From contig NC_087436.1 of the NCBI RefSeq assembly GCF_036321535.1, forward strand, positions 35,218,001 to 35,282,000: a stretch of DNA of 64,000 nucleotides, written 5' to 3'. The position numbers and the translations under genes were made by a program. The stretch is from Camelus dromedarius. Lineage: Eukaryota. The notes below the pieces were generated by a model. It saw nothing but the letters and a program-made list of their open reading frames with translations, did no database searches and was not told the DNA's origin. Positions within the stretch are counted from its first letter, which is position 1; each line of letters opens with the position of its first letter. Of the stretch, positions 1 through 12,990 are shown piece by piece.

Positions 1-804
1 GATACTTGGTCTATTGAAAACTTATTTATAACAAAATATATTTTTGTAATATTTCAGAACAAGCAATGCCATTTAGGGGAAAGTATTATATCAGTATTAA
101 GGGTTCTCAGCAATCTCGCAATGACAGTATTTTTCTGAGAGCAAGTCATATCACAGAAAATCTGGGACATTTTAAGGGAAAGATTTCATATAAGAGGCAG
201 ATATCAGCAATAGCATATTTCAAAATGTGAACTTCATTGGGAATGGATATCCACAAAGAGAGCCCAAGAGTTTGCTGCCTATTAGCCTTCTTTCCAATTC
301 CCATAAATCCAGAGCAAAGTTGCCAAAATCTTAATGTCACAATTGGTGCAAAGGGAAACATGTGGTGATGGAGGAAGAGAGGATGGGTAGTCCCCCGTGT
401 GATACTTGGCTAGGTTTCTGGAAAATAACAATAAATTTGCCAAACCTAATCTGAACTTGCTCAGCTCTGTTGAGCCTTTCATCCTTAGTTAATGTGAAGT
501 TTTCACCATCACTGGAAGGCCCGCATATCTTAATCCTGCTTTTTTTGTGGTTTGATGATAAAAACCATAGCCCTTCACAAGTGCACATAAAATTCAATAG
601 AGCCTTAAAAAAAGATTCTGGTTTTGTTTGGCACAGAGACTTTGTCGTCTGGAATAGGGCAAAACTGAAATTTCAAAGGATGAGTTAAATCCACAAGAAC
701 CCAAATCACTGAATCAATTCAGCCAAATTCGTCCAATTTAAAACTACCCAACAAAGAATCCGTTATGATCCTACTCTTTACTTGTACTGATATTGAAGAT
801 CATC

Positions 805-1662
805 TTTTTTTCTGGCTTTATTGAGATATAATTAAAATATAACATTGTGTAAGGTTAAGATGTACAGTATGATGATTTGATACACATATATATTGCAAAC
901 TGATTACCATAATAAGGTCAGTTGACAAGACACATCCATCACCTAACATAATTACCTTTTGTTGTTGATGTTATTGTTGTGAGAACATTTAATATTAACT
1001 ATCATAGCAAATTTCAAATATACAATATAGTATTGTTAGCTATAGTCACCATACTCCCCATTAGATATTAGGTCCTCAGAACTTATTCATCTTATAACTG
1101 AAAGCTTTGACCTTTCACCGACATCTCATTTCCCTGACCCCTCAGCCCTTGGAAATCACCATTCTACTCTCTGTTTGTGTGAGTTCAGCTTTTTTAGATT
1201 ACACATACCAGCAACATCATACAGTATTTGTCCTTCCTTGTCTGACTTATCTCACTTAGCATAATGCCCTCAAGTTTCATTCATATTATCACAAATGACA
1301 GGATTTCCTTCTTTTTGTATGGCTGAATTATATTCCACATATATATACACACACATATATATACATATATATATTATGTAGAGAAGTGCAGACGTTTCAT
1401 TAAGATAATAATTTCATTTCCTTCAGATATATACCCAGAAGCGGGATTGCTGGATCATATGGTAGTTCTATTTGTAGTTTTTTGAGGAACCTCCATGTTG
1501 TTTTCCATAATGGCTGCACCAGTTTACCATTCCCACCAACAGTCACAAGGGTTCTCTTTTCCCCACATCCTTGCCAACACTTGTTACGTCTTTTTGAAAA
1601 TAGCTTTTCTAACAAGTGTGAGATGATATCTCATTATGGTTTTGATTTGCATTTTCCTGATG
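805..1662 (-). mobile_element. 5'-truncated older LINE-1 (L1MA-like 3' end plus ORF2 C-terminus)
   Basis: T-run followed by L1 3'UTR. ORF 1400..1615 encodes an ORF2p C-terminal motif ([31 protein letters not shown]). Degraded TSD tgaagatcatcttt (794-807) / tggagattttcttt (1663-1676). Confidence 0.9.
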
Positions 1663-2229
1663 TGGAGATTTTCTTTATTCAAAACTTATATAACTAATTT
1701 AAAACTCTGCATTATTAAAATAGTGTTTTACTATCATATACCTATTTTAATAACATAAATCTCAACTTATAAATAATTGTTTTCCTCATAAACAGGCACA
1801 TTTTCACTTCAAGTATCATTAATTTTTTTGAATTAGTTAATACAGTCACATGATATTCAAAAGTTACTAAAGAGTGTAGAGAGAAAGATATGTTTTCCTT
1901 CTACCCTCTTACCTAGTCATGAACTCTTCTCATTGGAGACAATCCAATTACCAGTACTTGAGTATCCTTTTGGAGGCAGCCTAGGAACATACAATAAGCA
2001 TCTCTCTGTATGTGGGTCTGCTGGTGTATACATATATTTATTTGTTATTTTTATTTTACACAAATGATAGTATGCTCTGTAGTGCTTTGCACTTTGCTTT
2101 TTTTCACATAAAATAAGTCTTAGATATTATTCCATAGTAATGCTATAATGGATAAACAGGATTCAACTGCATAAGTGTATCACAATTATAGCTATAATGT
2201 AGCTACATTATATAGCTATAATATAATAA

Positions 2230-2420
2230 TTTTTAAACACTTAGTTTGATCCTGGCACTGTTCTTATGCTTTGCCCAGTTCAATTCTTACTATTACTGTT
2301 ATTAAATTTATTTCACATATGAAGAACTGAGGGACAGAGAGATTCATAAACTCACAAAAGATCAGAGAGAGAGAAGGTATCAGAGGTGGGACAGGTGGGA
2401 CAGTTTAGTTCCATATCCTG
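2230..2420. mobile_element. MIR SINE remnant
   Basis: MIR core-like tttcacatatgaagaactgagggacagagag; recalled consensus. Confidence 0.6.
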
Positions 2421-2424
2421 AGTT

Positions 2425-2755
2425 TGTTGGGAGGTAATTCTTCATGGGTCTTTTGTGTTGCCTCATATCTTATGAACAGAGACACTGGCTGATTTTGTCC
2501 CAGACTATTTTTTCAAGAATGTTTGTATAGTAAACAGATTTGGGAATAGAAATTTGAAACTCTCCCAAGCAGAAGGAAGTTTCACTTATTCTCCAAAATC
2601 ATAAAGATAACATCTCCCTCTATAGAAGAGGACAGATTTTCTTGCAGCTAATTATAAAAGATTTGAGTTCTCTAAGCTGGGGTTCATAAACTGTAATCCA
2701 AGTCCGCTGTGTGTGCAGCATTCATATTAACCCTTCCACATTGACTCCATGGAAC
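2425..2755 (+). mobile_element. LTR40-like ERVL LTR
   Basis: Starts tgttgggaggtaattcttcatgggtc and contains gactatttttcaagaatgtttgtatag and ataaagataacatctccctct. A reverse-complement homologue lies at about 39720-40160. Confidence 0.75.
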
Positions 2756-2769
2756 TGTTTGATTACATT

Positions 2770-3119
2770 CTACTAGGAGCTCAGTTGGGGTTGGAACATC
2801 CAAGATGGTCTTATTCATATGTCTGCTGCCTCATGGAGTGGCTAGAATGTTTGAGTATTGGCAGGACCATTCTCTCCTGCAAGGTGACTGGTATTCTTAC
2901 ATGATGCCCAGAACACCGAGAGGGTAGAAATCAGAAACTTAAATCCAGAACAGTCGTAGCTTCATTCTGCCCTGTTATTGTAACCAAAGAAACTCACATG
3001 GCCAACCCAGATTCAAAGGGAGGAGAAGGAGATTCTATCTCTGTGTGGCTTCAGAAGTGTGCAAAAATAGAGACATGGGATGAATCATCAGCAGCCCTCT
3101 TTGCAGACAATATACCACA
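2770..3119 (-). mobile_element. MLT1 (ERVL-MaLR) LTR remnant
   Basis: catccaagatgg, tcacatggccaacccagattcaaaggga and terminal ataccaca are typical of antisense MLT1. Confidence 0.65.
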
Positions 3120-3351
3120 GGTTAAAAATATCACCTATGTTTTCTCAAGTATTTTATGGTTTTATATGTTTGTGTGCTTGATCCATAATTTACTTCGTCA
3201 TGACAAATGTGTTAGAGATAATACTTTAATTTTAACTAGCAAGCTCTTCTGAATTGTAAGTAATGCATCTTTTCCCTAATAATTTAAATGAATCCTTTAC
3301 AATGGATGAAGGTTCCATACATCCTTATCCACTTCTTATCTCTACTGTTTC

Positions 3352-3421
3352 TGTAATACATGTAACGGGACAAAACCTGTTTTAATTGTAATACGTGTAC
3401 TAGCACGAAACCTGTTTTAAT
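3352..3421. repeat. 35-bp tandem duplication (2 copies, 6 mismatches)
   Basis: tgtaatacatgtaacgggacaaaacctgttttaat / tgtaatacgtgtactagcacgaaacctgttttaat. Confidence 0.85.
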
Positions 3422-3439
3422 TCAAAATCTTGAATCTCT

Positions 3440-4164
3440 TCTCAGACAAGCTCTTGTCCTAGACTTCCCTATCTTAGTGCATACCATCAAATAAAATATA
3501 GGAGTTATCAGTGATATATCTTCATAATCATATGCTCTAATCAGAAACATCCATCATTTCTTACTAGGCTACTAAAAGAACTCCCTCATTGGTCTCCTTT
3601 ATCCTACTCTCTACCCTTCAGTAAATCTTCCGTATGACAGAGGGATCATTTAAAATTTCATATTAGACTTTTTTACTCAAAACATTCTGGGGCTTCTGTC
3701 TCACTTCAATAAAAGGGTTACTTTCCCATAGCTTATAAGGTCTTAATCTTTCACCAGGGCTATTCCTCCAGTCTCTTCTTTATTTACTCCTTTTCTCAGT
3801 CAACATTAAGTATATTAAAAGCTTCTTGTTTCTCAAGTGTGCCAACTTTTCCCCAAGTTAGTGCTTTTGAAATTCTCTTTCCTGTAGTTAATCACTCTTC
3901 TGTTAAACATTCCCGTTGCTTCTTTTCTGACTTCCTGCAGGCCTCTGCTGAAATATTCCTTCCTTAGAGAGGCCTTCCATAACCATCCCATCTGAAATAC
4001 CCTCTTCCGGCATTACTCTCCATCCCTGGGCCTACTTTACTGTTCCTAACAGTGTGGTAATTTCATAATATTATAAGTATGAATTTGTTTATTATGTCTC
4101 TTCTGCTAGAGTATAATTTCTGAAAGAGAATCAATTTCTTTTTCACTCCAAGGATCTAGAGTGT
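3440..4164 (+). mobile_element. L2 LINE 3' remnant
   Basis: ccttagagaggccttccataaccatcccatctgaaata and ttgtttattatgtctcttctgctagagtataa match the L2 3' end. Confidence 0.7.
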
Positions 4165-5839
4165 TACCATCACATCAACAAGAGAAAGGACAAAACCACA
4201 TTATCAATCAATAGATGCAGAAAAAGCATTTGATAAAATTCAACACCCATTTATGATAAAAACTCTCACCAAAGTAGGTATACAGGGAACATATCTCAAC
4301 ATAATAAAAGCTATATGTGACAAACCTACAGCCAGCATAGTACTCAATGGTGAAAAACTCAAAAGCTTCCCACTAAAATCTGGGACAAGAAAAGGCTGCC
4401 CACTATCACCACTCCTATTCATCATAGTCTTGGACATCCTAGCCACAGCAATCAGGCAAGAGAGAGAAATAAAAGTGATCCAAATTGGAAAAGAAGAGGT
4501 AAAAGTGTCATTATATGCAGATGACATGATACTATATATAGAAAACCCTAAAAGGTCCACACAAAAACTACTAGAACTAATTGAAGAATTAAGCAAGGTA
4601 ACAGTTTACAAGATTAATGTTCAAAAATCAGTTGCATTTCTTTACACTAATGATGAATTAACAGAAAAAGAAAGTAAAGAAGCAATCCCCTTTAAAATAG
4701 CATCCAAAGTAATAAAATACCTAGGAATAAATCTAACCAAGGAGGTGAAAGAATTATACACAGAAAACTATAAACCGTTGATGAAGGAAATTAAAGAAGA
4801 CTTAAAAAAATGGAAAGATATCCCATGCTCCTGGATTAGAAGAATCAATATTGTAAAAATGGTCATACTGCCCAAGGCAATCTACAGATTTAATGCAATC
4901 CCTATCAAATTACCCAGGACATATTTCACAGAACTAGAACAAATCATAATAAAAATTATATGGAACCACAAAAGACCTAGAATAGCCAAAGCATTAGTGA
5001 AGAAAAAGTAAGAAGCTGGAGGAATAACTCTCCCAGACTTCAGACAATACTATAGAGCTACAGTCATCAAGACAGCATGGTATTGATACAAAAACAGACA
5101 TATGGACCAATGGAACAGAATAGAGAGCCCAGAAATGAACCCACAAACTTTTGGTCAACTCATCTTTGACAAAGGAGGCAAGAATATACAATGGAATAAA
5201 GACAGTCTCTTCAGCAAATGGTGTTGGGAAAACTGGACAGCAGCATGTAAAACAATGAAGCTAGAACACTCCCTTACACCATACACAAAAATAAACTCAA
5301 AATGGATCAAAGACTTCAACATAAGACAAGATACAATAAACCTCCTAAAAGAAAAGATAGGCAAAACATTATCTGACATACTTCTCAAAAATGTTCTCCT
5401 AGGGCAATCTACCCAAGCAATAGAAATAAAAACAAGAATAAGCAAATGGGACCTAATTAAACTTACAAGCTTCTGCACAGCAAAGGAAACCATAAGTAAA
5501 ACAAAATGACAAACTACAGAATGGGAGATAATTTTTGCAAATGATGAAACCGACAAAGGCTTGGTCTCCAGAATATATAAGCAGCTCATATGACTTAATA
5601 AGAAAAAAATAAACAACCCAATCCAAACATGGGCAGAAGACCTAAACAAGCATTTCTCCAAGGAAGAAATACAAATGATCAATAGGCACATGAAAAAATG
5701 CTCAATATCACTAATTATCAGAGAAAAGCAAATCAAAACTACGATGAGGTATCACCTCACACCAGCCAGAATGGCCATCATTCAAAAGTCCACAAATGAC
5801 AAATGCTGGAGAGGCTGTGGAGAAAAGGGAACCCTCCTA
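4165..5839 (+). mobile_element. Lineage-specific LINE-1 ORF2 internal fragment (RT domain to C-terminal region), no 3'UTR or polyA
   Basis: ORFs 4253..5011 and 5102..5509 are ORF2p (KGCPLSP, YADD, KYLGINL, DQWNRIE) broken by in-frame stops. Ends at gagaaaagggaaccctccta. Confidence 0.97.
4253..5509 (+). pseudogene. L1 ORF2p reverse transcriptase remnant
   Basis: [10 protein letters not shown] catalytic motif. The same frame continues across stops at 5009-5011 and near 5084. Confidence 0.95.
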
Positions 5840-6619
5840 TTAAAAATTTCTTAAAGAAGAATTTGAATATTTGAATCTTGGGTTGATCAGATGTCTTATT
5901 ACAAAAATTCAATCTATTATATTATTATTATTCTCATTGTTATTTTTATTTCATCACAGTGTCATTTTTTTCATTTAAAGACTGAACTCAGTATATATCT
6001 CCTACAATCTCAAAGGGAATTTGCCTTTGCAATTTGCCAAGTTAATCTATTTTCTAAGACTTTGAATTAGAATTTATAAATTTTGGCTTAAACTTTTGGA
6101 TGCCCTTTCTGAAAATAATGTCTTAAATTATTTGAAAATACTGAATATATTTGAAATAGCGGAATAAATTAAATATTTTGTTTAACAGCTACAAGTCACC
6201 ATATATGTACAGTGGGGTCAGCAGAAAACCTACCATGCAAATGCTTATTCATACTAAAGTTTTCTCTAAGCAGCCAAAGTGGACACTCTATGGAAGCTTA
6301 TATTCCACTCTGTGAAGTGTACTTTAAAAGACCACAGGTTAAAATCAACTCATGTAGACCAGTCATTGTCCTCCAGTTTGACTGTGCAAGGAGGAAGAAC
6401 AAAACCTAACCACTTAGGACTTTGAGGGGCATCTTATGAATGGGCTAAGAAGATATTTTCTTAGACCCTGATTCCCTGCATTAAAGCAGTAAGTAGCTAC
6501 TTCTATTTCAGAGCATTGATTGTTTGTGAACCAAGATCCACATTGCACCTTGGTCATTTTGTCCTGGGACCAAGTAAAATTCCTTAAAAAACACCAAAAA
6601 TAAAATCAGTAACATCAAT

Positions 6620-6930
6620 TAAAGGGTATTTAATATGTGTTGGGCACTTTGCTAGTTCATTTATGTACATTATATGGTTAAATAAATACTTTAATTATTA
6701 AAACACCTTTTCAACAAACACTTAATTCAACAAATCTACTTATTGAGTATCTTCTCTGAGCCAGCACAACCTAAAGAAGCAGTTACTATTGTTTTTCTCA
6801 TTTTGTGGATGGAGACAGTGAGTTTTAAAGAGAATAATGTTTTGCACAAGGTCACATGTTAAATAGATGAGGTGGGATTTGACTTCAGGTGTTCCTGATG
6901 CTTAAGTCCAAAAGTAAAACTCCTCACTGC
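6620..6930. mobile_element. MIR/L2 remnants
   Basis: attcaacaaatctacttattgagtatc (L2 tail) and cattttgtggatggagacagtgag...caaggtcaca (MIR core). Confidence 0.55.
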
Positions 6931-9111
6931 CTCCCATGATGCCATCATTAGCTACTAAGCATGTTTTACCAACCTCACCTAGCTCTCAAATACACTTCTT
7001 GTATTTTTTTGGAAGCAAGCCCATCCAAACATTCACTGTGACAATGTAGAAAGGTCAAGGTCTGGGATGTATTTCTTTGCATACCATTTCTCTCAAGCCA
7101 CTGTTTTCAAATTATTGCACAAGGTGCCACAATATTCCCTGGCTACACCAGAGGCAATATCTTAATAGATCCAGTTTCTACAATAACAGCCATAGGTCAG
7201 AAAATGAGGGAGTTACGGAATGAGTGGTTTGGGGCCTGTGATTTTTGGCCTTGCACTGATGAGAGTGTATAATCTGGATAGATGTTAGCTTTCTAAACAA
7301 ACATAACCTCTGGTTGCATTAAAGGAGGAAATAAAGTTTAAACTTGTTCTCTTCATTAAGCAGCTTTACAAAACTAGCATTTGTTGAGCTCAAAATGGAT
7401 ATTAATTCTGATGAGTGAAAATAATGATAGGAAAGATGGAGCTACCAGAATAATTTTAAGTCTTTACTTTTCTCAAATTATGGATACTTCACCAAAATTT
7501 GTTTGAGACTACTCATTTAAATATCAAATAAGAAGTAATAAACATGAGTGTGTCTGTCTGTGCAAAGGTTTTGGACTAGTGCTGAGTTTTGATATGGAGG
7601 CTGGGTTTCAACAATATTATTCTCTTTGGAGAACTTTCAGGACCGGATGCTACCAGTGTGATAGTGGCAATTTACATGCCCCACCTCTTTAGACAAAAGT
7701 TCAAAAGTTCACTGAGAAGAAAAAGGTATTGAGATAAGGAAGAATTACAATTTTATTAATGGTGAACATTGTCGTCAAGGAATACTATGCAGCACAGCAG
7801 GTCTCAGTTGTGACCTGTGTTAAAACATGCTACACCATGGGAAAGAAACTGCAGAGAGAAAACATCTGGCTCTGTTTTTTGTTCATGTCAATCAATCATT
7901 AAAGAATATGAGAAAGAAAAATCACTAGCAGAGAACTATTCTTTATTCCCAAATGAATAATGCAATTGATAAGTAGGAAAAAATAGGTCTACAAAATAAA
8001 ATGATTTATATATGAAAAGATTTTGGATAAAACCTACTGTGGCTTTTTAAGGCCATTCATATTTGTTTGAAAAACACCCATTAATATGTAAGATGAAGAT
8101 GCAAATATACCATGTTCTTTACTCGTTGTATTAAAATGTATTTACAGTTTTTTGTACTTTAAAAATGTCAGGTTCTAAAATCATCCTATTAGTTTGAAGA
8201 CAGTAGCCTAATAAAAGGCAAAATACAGAAATGAGTAATTTTGATGCATTATAAAGAGCTATATTCTGTACTGACACTGTGTAAAGAAATGTAAAAATCT
8301 CATGTGATCTATACAGGGTATTTTTCTTCGACTGGTTTTGAAGGACTTCTGATACCCAGATCCTGATAAAGATAGATTTTATTAGCTCATCTATGCAACT
8401 GAAATATTTATTAGCACATATAAAGCTATGTCTTTGATTTTATAAGTAACCTACTTATTAATAACTTACTAATATAAAACTAAAAATAAAGCACTAGTGA
8501 AAAACCACATATAAATGCTGAAAGAGAAAAAAAAAAGTGTTGAAAAAGATCTTAGAACAGATTTTTCTGCTACAAACCCTATATATATTCCTAAAAGTTT
8601 TGCATAATACAAAATCCTACACTAAAATTACCATGGGTTATGTATGTAATAGAACCACACAGCTTAAATGTTCATAACTTTGTAGTGTGATCATTAAACA
8701 ACAACAATTTCAGTAATAATACTAGCACAGATAAATTCCCATAGACATTTGCAATCAGAATTGAAGTCCACAGTTGTTTCTTGCATCCTTAAACCCTGGG
8801 TAAGTGCTCTACCCTTTTAGGTGTGGGTACTGGAGGGCATTTCCTTGAGAGTAGCACTACTAAAACTAAAAGCCTGGTCCAAGAGGTAAATTTCTATATA
8901 ATTTGATATTTTTAAGCCTGGGACTGTCTCCACAGCTTCTCCATCTATACTGGCAGCTTCTCCAGATAACTTAATTCTGCGAAGTATAATAGTTTTTGAA
9001 GCACATTGAACAAAATACATATTGTAACAGAACAGAACAATTCAATGTGATGTGTTGGAAAGGGAGAAATTCTGTTTCACACAAGCTGAACAAATTTGAT
9101 GGTGCTAGTTT

Positions 9112-9238
9112 TTGTTTTGTTTTGTTTAAAATAAACTTTATTAATATAACTTTAACATACAATAAAATACACACATTTTAAGTCAATGAGGTTTGACAAA
9201 TGTATTACACTTGAGTAATGGCCGCACCAATCAAGATC
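9112..9238 (-). mobile_element. Old L1 (L1MB/L1MC-like) 3' terminal fragment
   Basis: actttattaatataactttaacatacaataaaatacacacattttaag...tttgacaaatgta...caatcaagat. Confidence 0.65.
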
Positions 9239-9239
9239 C

Positions 9240-10688
9240 TTTCAGTCCTGTGACTTTTGAATCCTTTAAGTTTTTAAGGTGGTAGACTAGTCTCTGGAAT
9301 CCTCTTCTGGAATGAGGTATTGGTTTTGATTTATTATCTTGGTAAGGGAAGAGGAACTGCTCCAAGGGCTTCTACTTGGCCTCTCCTATTAAAATATCTC
9401 TTACTATACAGGTCAAGAGACCAGTGAAAGGGTTCTGCCAACAGCTAAGTGCATCCATTCCAATGATACATTCCGAAACGAGGGAATACCCAGCAGCTAC
9501 CTCTGTCAACCTAACAGTTCCAGTGTGAGATGGACCTGAGTAAAGATTTCATTTATTACCTGACTCATACATCCCTTCTCTAATAGGGCTGCCATGACAA
9601 CCCAGTGGAGCCACACAGGGTATCAACAACTCAGATCCAGTATCCATTATCTCTCAAAAAAGCTAAATATTCCCCTTTGTCTGAAGTATATTTACTTGAG
9701 TAAATGGCCATAGGTCTCTTTGTAAAAGGACTGAGGTCACTACAGTGTAGACTTGCCATGGGGTTGGTTGCAGGTCCTGCCTCATGGATGTCTGGCTTCT
9801 CTTTCAGTTGATAGGTGGAATCTAAAAAATAATACAAATGAATTTATTCACAAAACAGGAACAGATTCATAGACATAGAAAACAAACTTATGATTACCAA
9901 GGAGGAAAGAGGGGAGTTCTTCTGTGTCTGAGAACTAGCCCAGGTCTGAAAACTGGACAAAGATTTTCTATAGTGGTGGATGACCTCAGTCCTATCTGTT
10001 CTTGATCTTTTAATGATATACTTCTGTAATTTAGCCTTCCCTGGGTACCTTTGCAACCTTTCCATCCTTTAAGGTTGCTTCCAATTAGCTATGTGCTGCC
10101 ACATGTCTCCTTGTGTTCTGTGATCCCATTATCCCATTACTGTCAGGGAGCACAGTTTTGTAACAGCCTCTTCTACTATCAGCCCTGGAAGACCAGTACT
10201 GAACTGAGGACCTCCTCGTTAACACATTCAATTACTAACTTGATAAACTGAGGATTCCCCCATGGCATCCAAGGAACATGGTCAACTAATAGATATGTTG
10301 GTCTATTATAGTAGACACTTTCTAGTATAACCACTTCTCTGAGCTTTTTAGTTCTTTCTTCTACAGTTTGGTATGGCAATTTTGGCATTTTTACTTCATT
10401 GAATATGGGTGATCACTTTTTCCAAGCTTCCTGGAACCATCTTTGTATGTATTAGGATATTTATGGCAATGAATCGTCATTGGGGGTCTTTTCCAGCTTT
10501 AGAAAACTGCCCTTATGTTGACAAAATTGCCATTTTCTGGCTTTATATTCTTCTCCACTTGATTCAGCACTCTCAGGATCCACTTCCAGGCATACTTGAC
10601 ACTCCGTTCTTGCAGAGTCATTTATTCAAGCTCTTCCTCTCACACGCACTTTCACTCTTACACCTTATAAATCTCTGAATCACTTAAT
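9240..10688 (-). mobile_element. ERVL-class internal region (gag-pro remnant)
   Basis: ORF 10179..10388 MPKLPYQTVEERTKKLREVVILESVYY resembles ERVL Gag. The minus strand at about 9620-9650 reads IMDTGSELLIP, a retroviral protease DTG motif (9636-9644). Confidence 0.8.
9811..9916 (+). mobile_element. Short internal L1 3'UTR fragment inserted in the ERVL relic
   Basis: gtggaatctaaaaaataatacaaatgaatttatt...agacatagaaaacaaacttatgattaccaa is homologous to the L1 3'UTRs elsewhere in the window. No tail. Confidence 0.85.
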
Positions 10689-10702
10689 AGCTTCATATTC
10701 TT

Positions 10703-12990
10703 TTCTTTAATTGAAGAATAGTTGACTTAATGTGTTAGTTTTGGGTGTACAGCAAAGTAATTCGGATATATGTATATATATTTCAGGTTCTTTTCTATTA
10801 TGGATTATTACAAAATATTGAATATAGTTCCCTGTGCCATACAGTAAATCTTTGTTTATCTATTTTATATATAGTAGTGTGTATCTGTTGTTCCCATATT
10901 CCTAATTTATCTCTCCTCTTACCCTTTGGTAACCATAAGTTTGTTTTCTATGTCTATGAGTCTATTTCTGTTTTGTAAATAAATCCATTTGTATTATAGA
11001 TTCCACATGTAAGTGATATCATATAATACTTGTCTTTCTCTGTCTTACTTAGTATGATATTCTCTGTGTTCATCCATGTTGCTGTGAATGTCAGAATTTC
11101 ATTCTTTTTATGGCTGAATAATATTACATTATGTATATTTTGTGTGTGTGTGTGTGTGTTTGTATACCACGTCTTCTTTATCTATTCATCTGTTAATGGA
11201 TGCTTAGGTTGCTTCCGTGTCTTGGATACTGTAAACAGTGCTATTATGAACATTGGGGTGCATGTATCTTTCCAAATTAGAGTTTTTGTCTTTTCCAGAT
11301 ATATGCCCAGAAGTGGGATTGCTGGATCATATAGTAGCTCTATTTTTACCTTTTTAAGGAACCTCCATACTGTTTTCTATACTGCCTTCATCAATTTATA
11401 TTCACATCAACAGCATAGAGGGGTTCCCTTTACTCCATACCCTCCCCAGCATTTATTATTTATAGACTTTTTGATGATAGACATTCTGACTGATGTTGAG
11501 GTGAGACATTGTAGTTTTGATTTGCATTTCTCTAATAATTAGCCATGTTGAGCATCATTTCATGTACCTATTGGCCACTTGCATGTCTTGTTTGGAGAAA
11601 TATCTATTTAGATCTTCTGCCCACTTTTTTATTGTGTTGTGGGGTTTTTTTTTGATATTGAATTGTATGAGCTGTTTTTATATTTTGGAAATTAACCTCT
11701 TGTCAGTTGTGTTGTTTGCAGATATTTTCTCCCAATCTATAGGTTGTCTTTTTGTTTTGTTGACTATTCCTTTACTGTGCAAAAAGCTTTTAAATTTGAT
11801 TGTCTCATTTGTTTATGTTTTGCTTTTATTTCTTTTGCCTTAGGAGACTGATTTAAGAATATATTGTTACAATTTATGTCAGAGAATGTTTTTCCTATGT
11901 TCTTTTCTAAGAGTTTTATGGTGTAATGTCTTATATTTAAGTCTTTAAACTGTTTTGAGTTTATTTTTGTAAATGGTATGAGGATGTGTTCTAATTTCAT
12001 TAATTTACATAAGGCTGTCCAGCTTTCCCAACACTACTTGCTGAAAAGACTGCCTTTTCACCATTGTATAGTCTTGCTTCATTTGTCAAAGATTAATTGG
12101 CTGTAGGTGTGTGGGTTTATTTCTAATGACTGTAGTCATGTGGGTTTATTTCTGTGCTCTTTATTATGTGCTATTGATCTATATGCCTTTTGTGCCAGCA
12201 CCATGCTCTTTAGATTACTATAGCTTTGTAGTATTGTCTGACGTCTGGGAGGGTTAGGCTTTCCGCTTTGTTCTCTCCCCTCAGGATTGCTTTGGCAATT
12301 CTGGGTCTTTTGTGGTTCCATAGAGATTTTAGGACTATTTGTTCTAGTTCTGTGAAAAATTTCTTGGGTAATTTGATAGTCACAATAAATCTATAGATTG
12401 CTTTGGATAGTATGGCCATCCAATAGCATGAGATATCTTTCTATTTCTTTGAATCATCTTCAATTTCCTTTATCAATATTTATAGGTCTTTTACCTCTTT
12501 AGTTATTTATTCCTAGGTATTTTTTGATGCAATTTTACATGGGATTTTTTTTTTACTTTCTCTTTCTGATATTTCATTGTTAGTGTAAATGCAACGGATT
12601 TCTGTATATTAATTTTGTATCCTGCTAACTTGCTGACTTCACTTATTAGTTCTAATAATTTTTGTATGGGGTCTTTAGGGTTTTCTGTATACAGTATTAT
12701 GCCATTTGCAAATAAAGACAATTTTAACTCTCTTCCAATTTAGATACCTTCTATTTCTTTTTCTTATCTGATTTCTGTGGCTGGGACTTCAATACTACGT
12801 TGAATAGAAGTGATAAGAGTGGGCATTCTTGTCTTGTTTCAGAATTTAGCAGTGAGGCTTTCAGCTTTTTACTGTTGACTATTATGTTGGCTGTGGGTTT
12901 GTCGTAAATGGCTTTTATTATGTTGAGATACGTTCCCTTTATACCCACTTTGGTGAGAGTTTTTATCATAAATGAATGTTGAATTTTATC
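10703..12990 (-). mobile_element. 5'-truncated LINE-1 (3'UTR plus degraded ORF2) with 14-bp TSD
   Basis: ORFs 12751..13035, 12503..12721, 12210..12419 and 11764..12000 are ORF2p pieces. TSD agcttcatattctt (10689-10702) / agctccatattctt (12991-13004). Confidence 0.95.

Noticed and set aside
3352..3421. 35-bp repeats resembling CRISPR direct repeats
   Set aside because: Only two adjacent copies with no spacer, in mammalian DNA: a simple tandem duplication.
5155..5736. 193-aa hydrophobic minus-strand ORF (similar ones at 11030-11843, 33851-34219 and 4240-4596)
   Set aside because: Antisense reading of L1 ORF2/3'UTR, a well-known source of spurious membrane-protein-like ORFs.
8698..8906. Plus-strand open frame with acceptor- and donor-like sites
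   Set aside because: Unrecognised peptide, length within chance, and the internal donor and acceptor are too close to form an intron.
12094..12152. Small tandem duplications inside L1 copies (also about 16856-16890)
   Set aside because: Ordinary post-insertion slippage.
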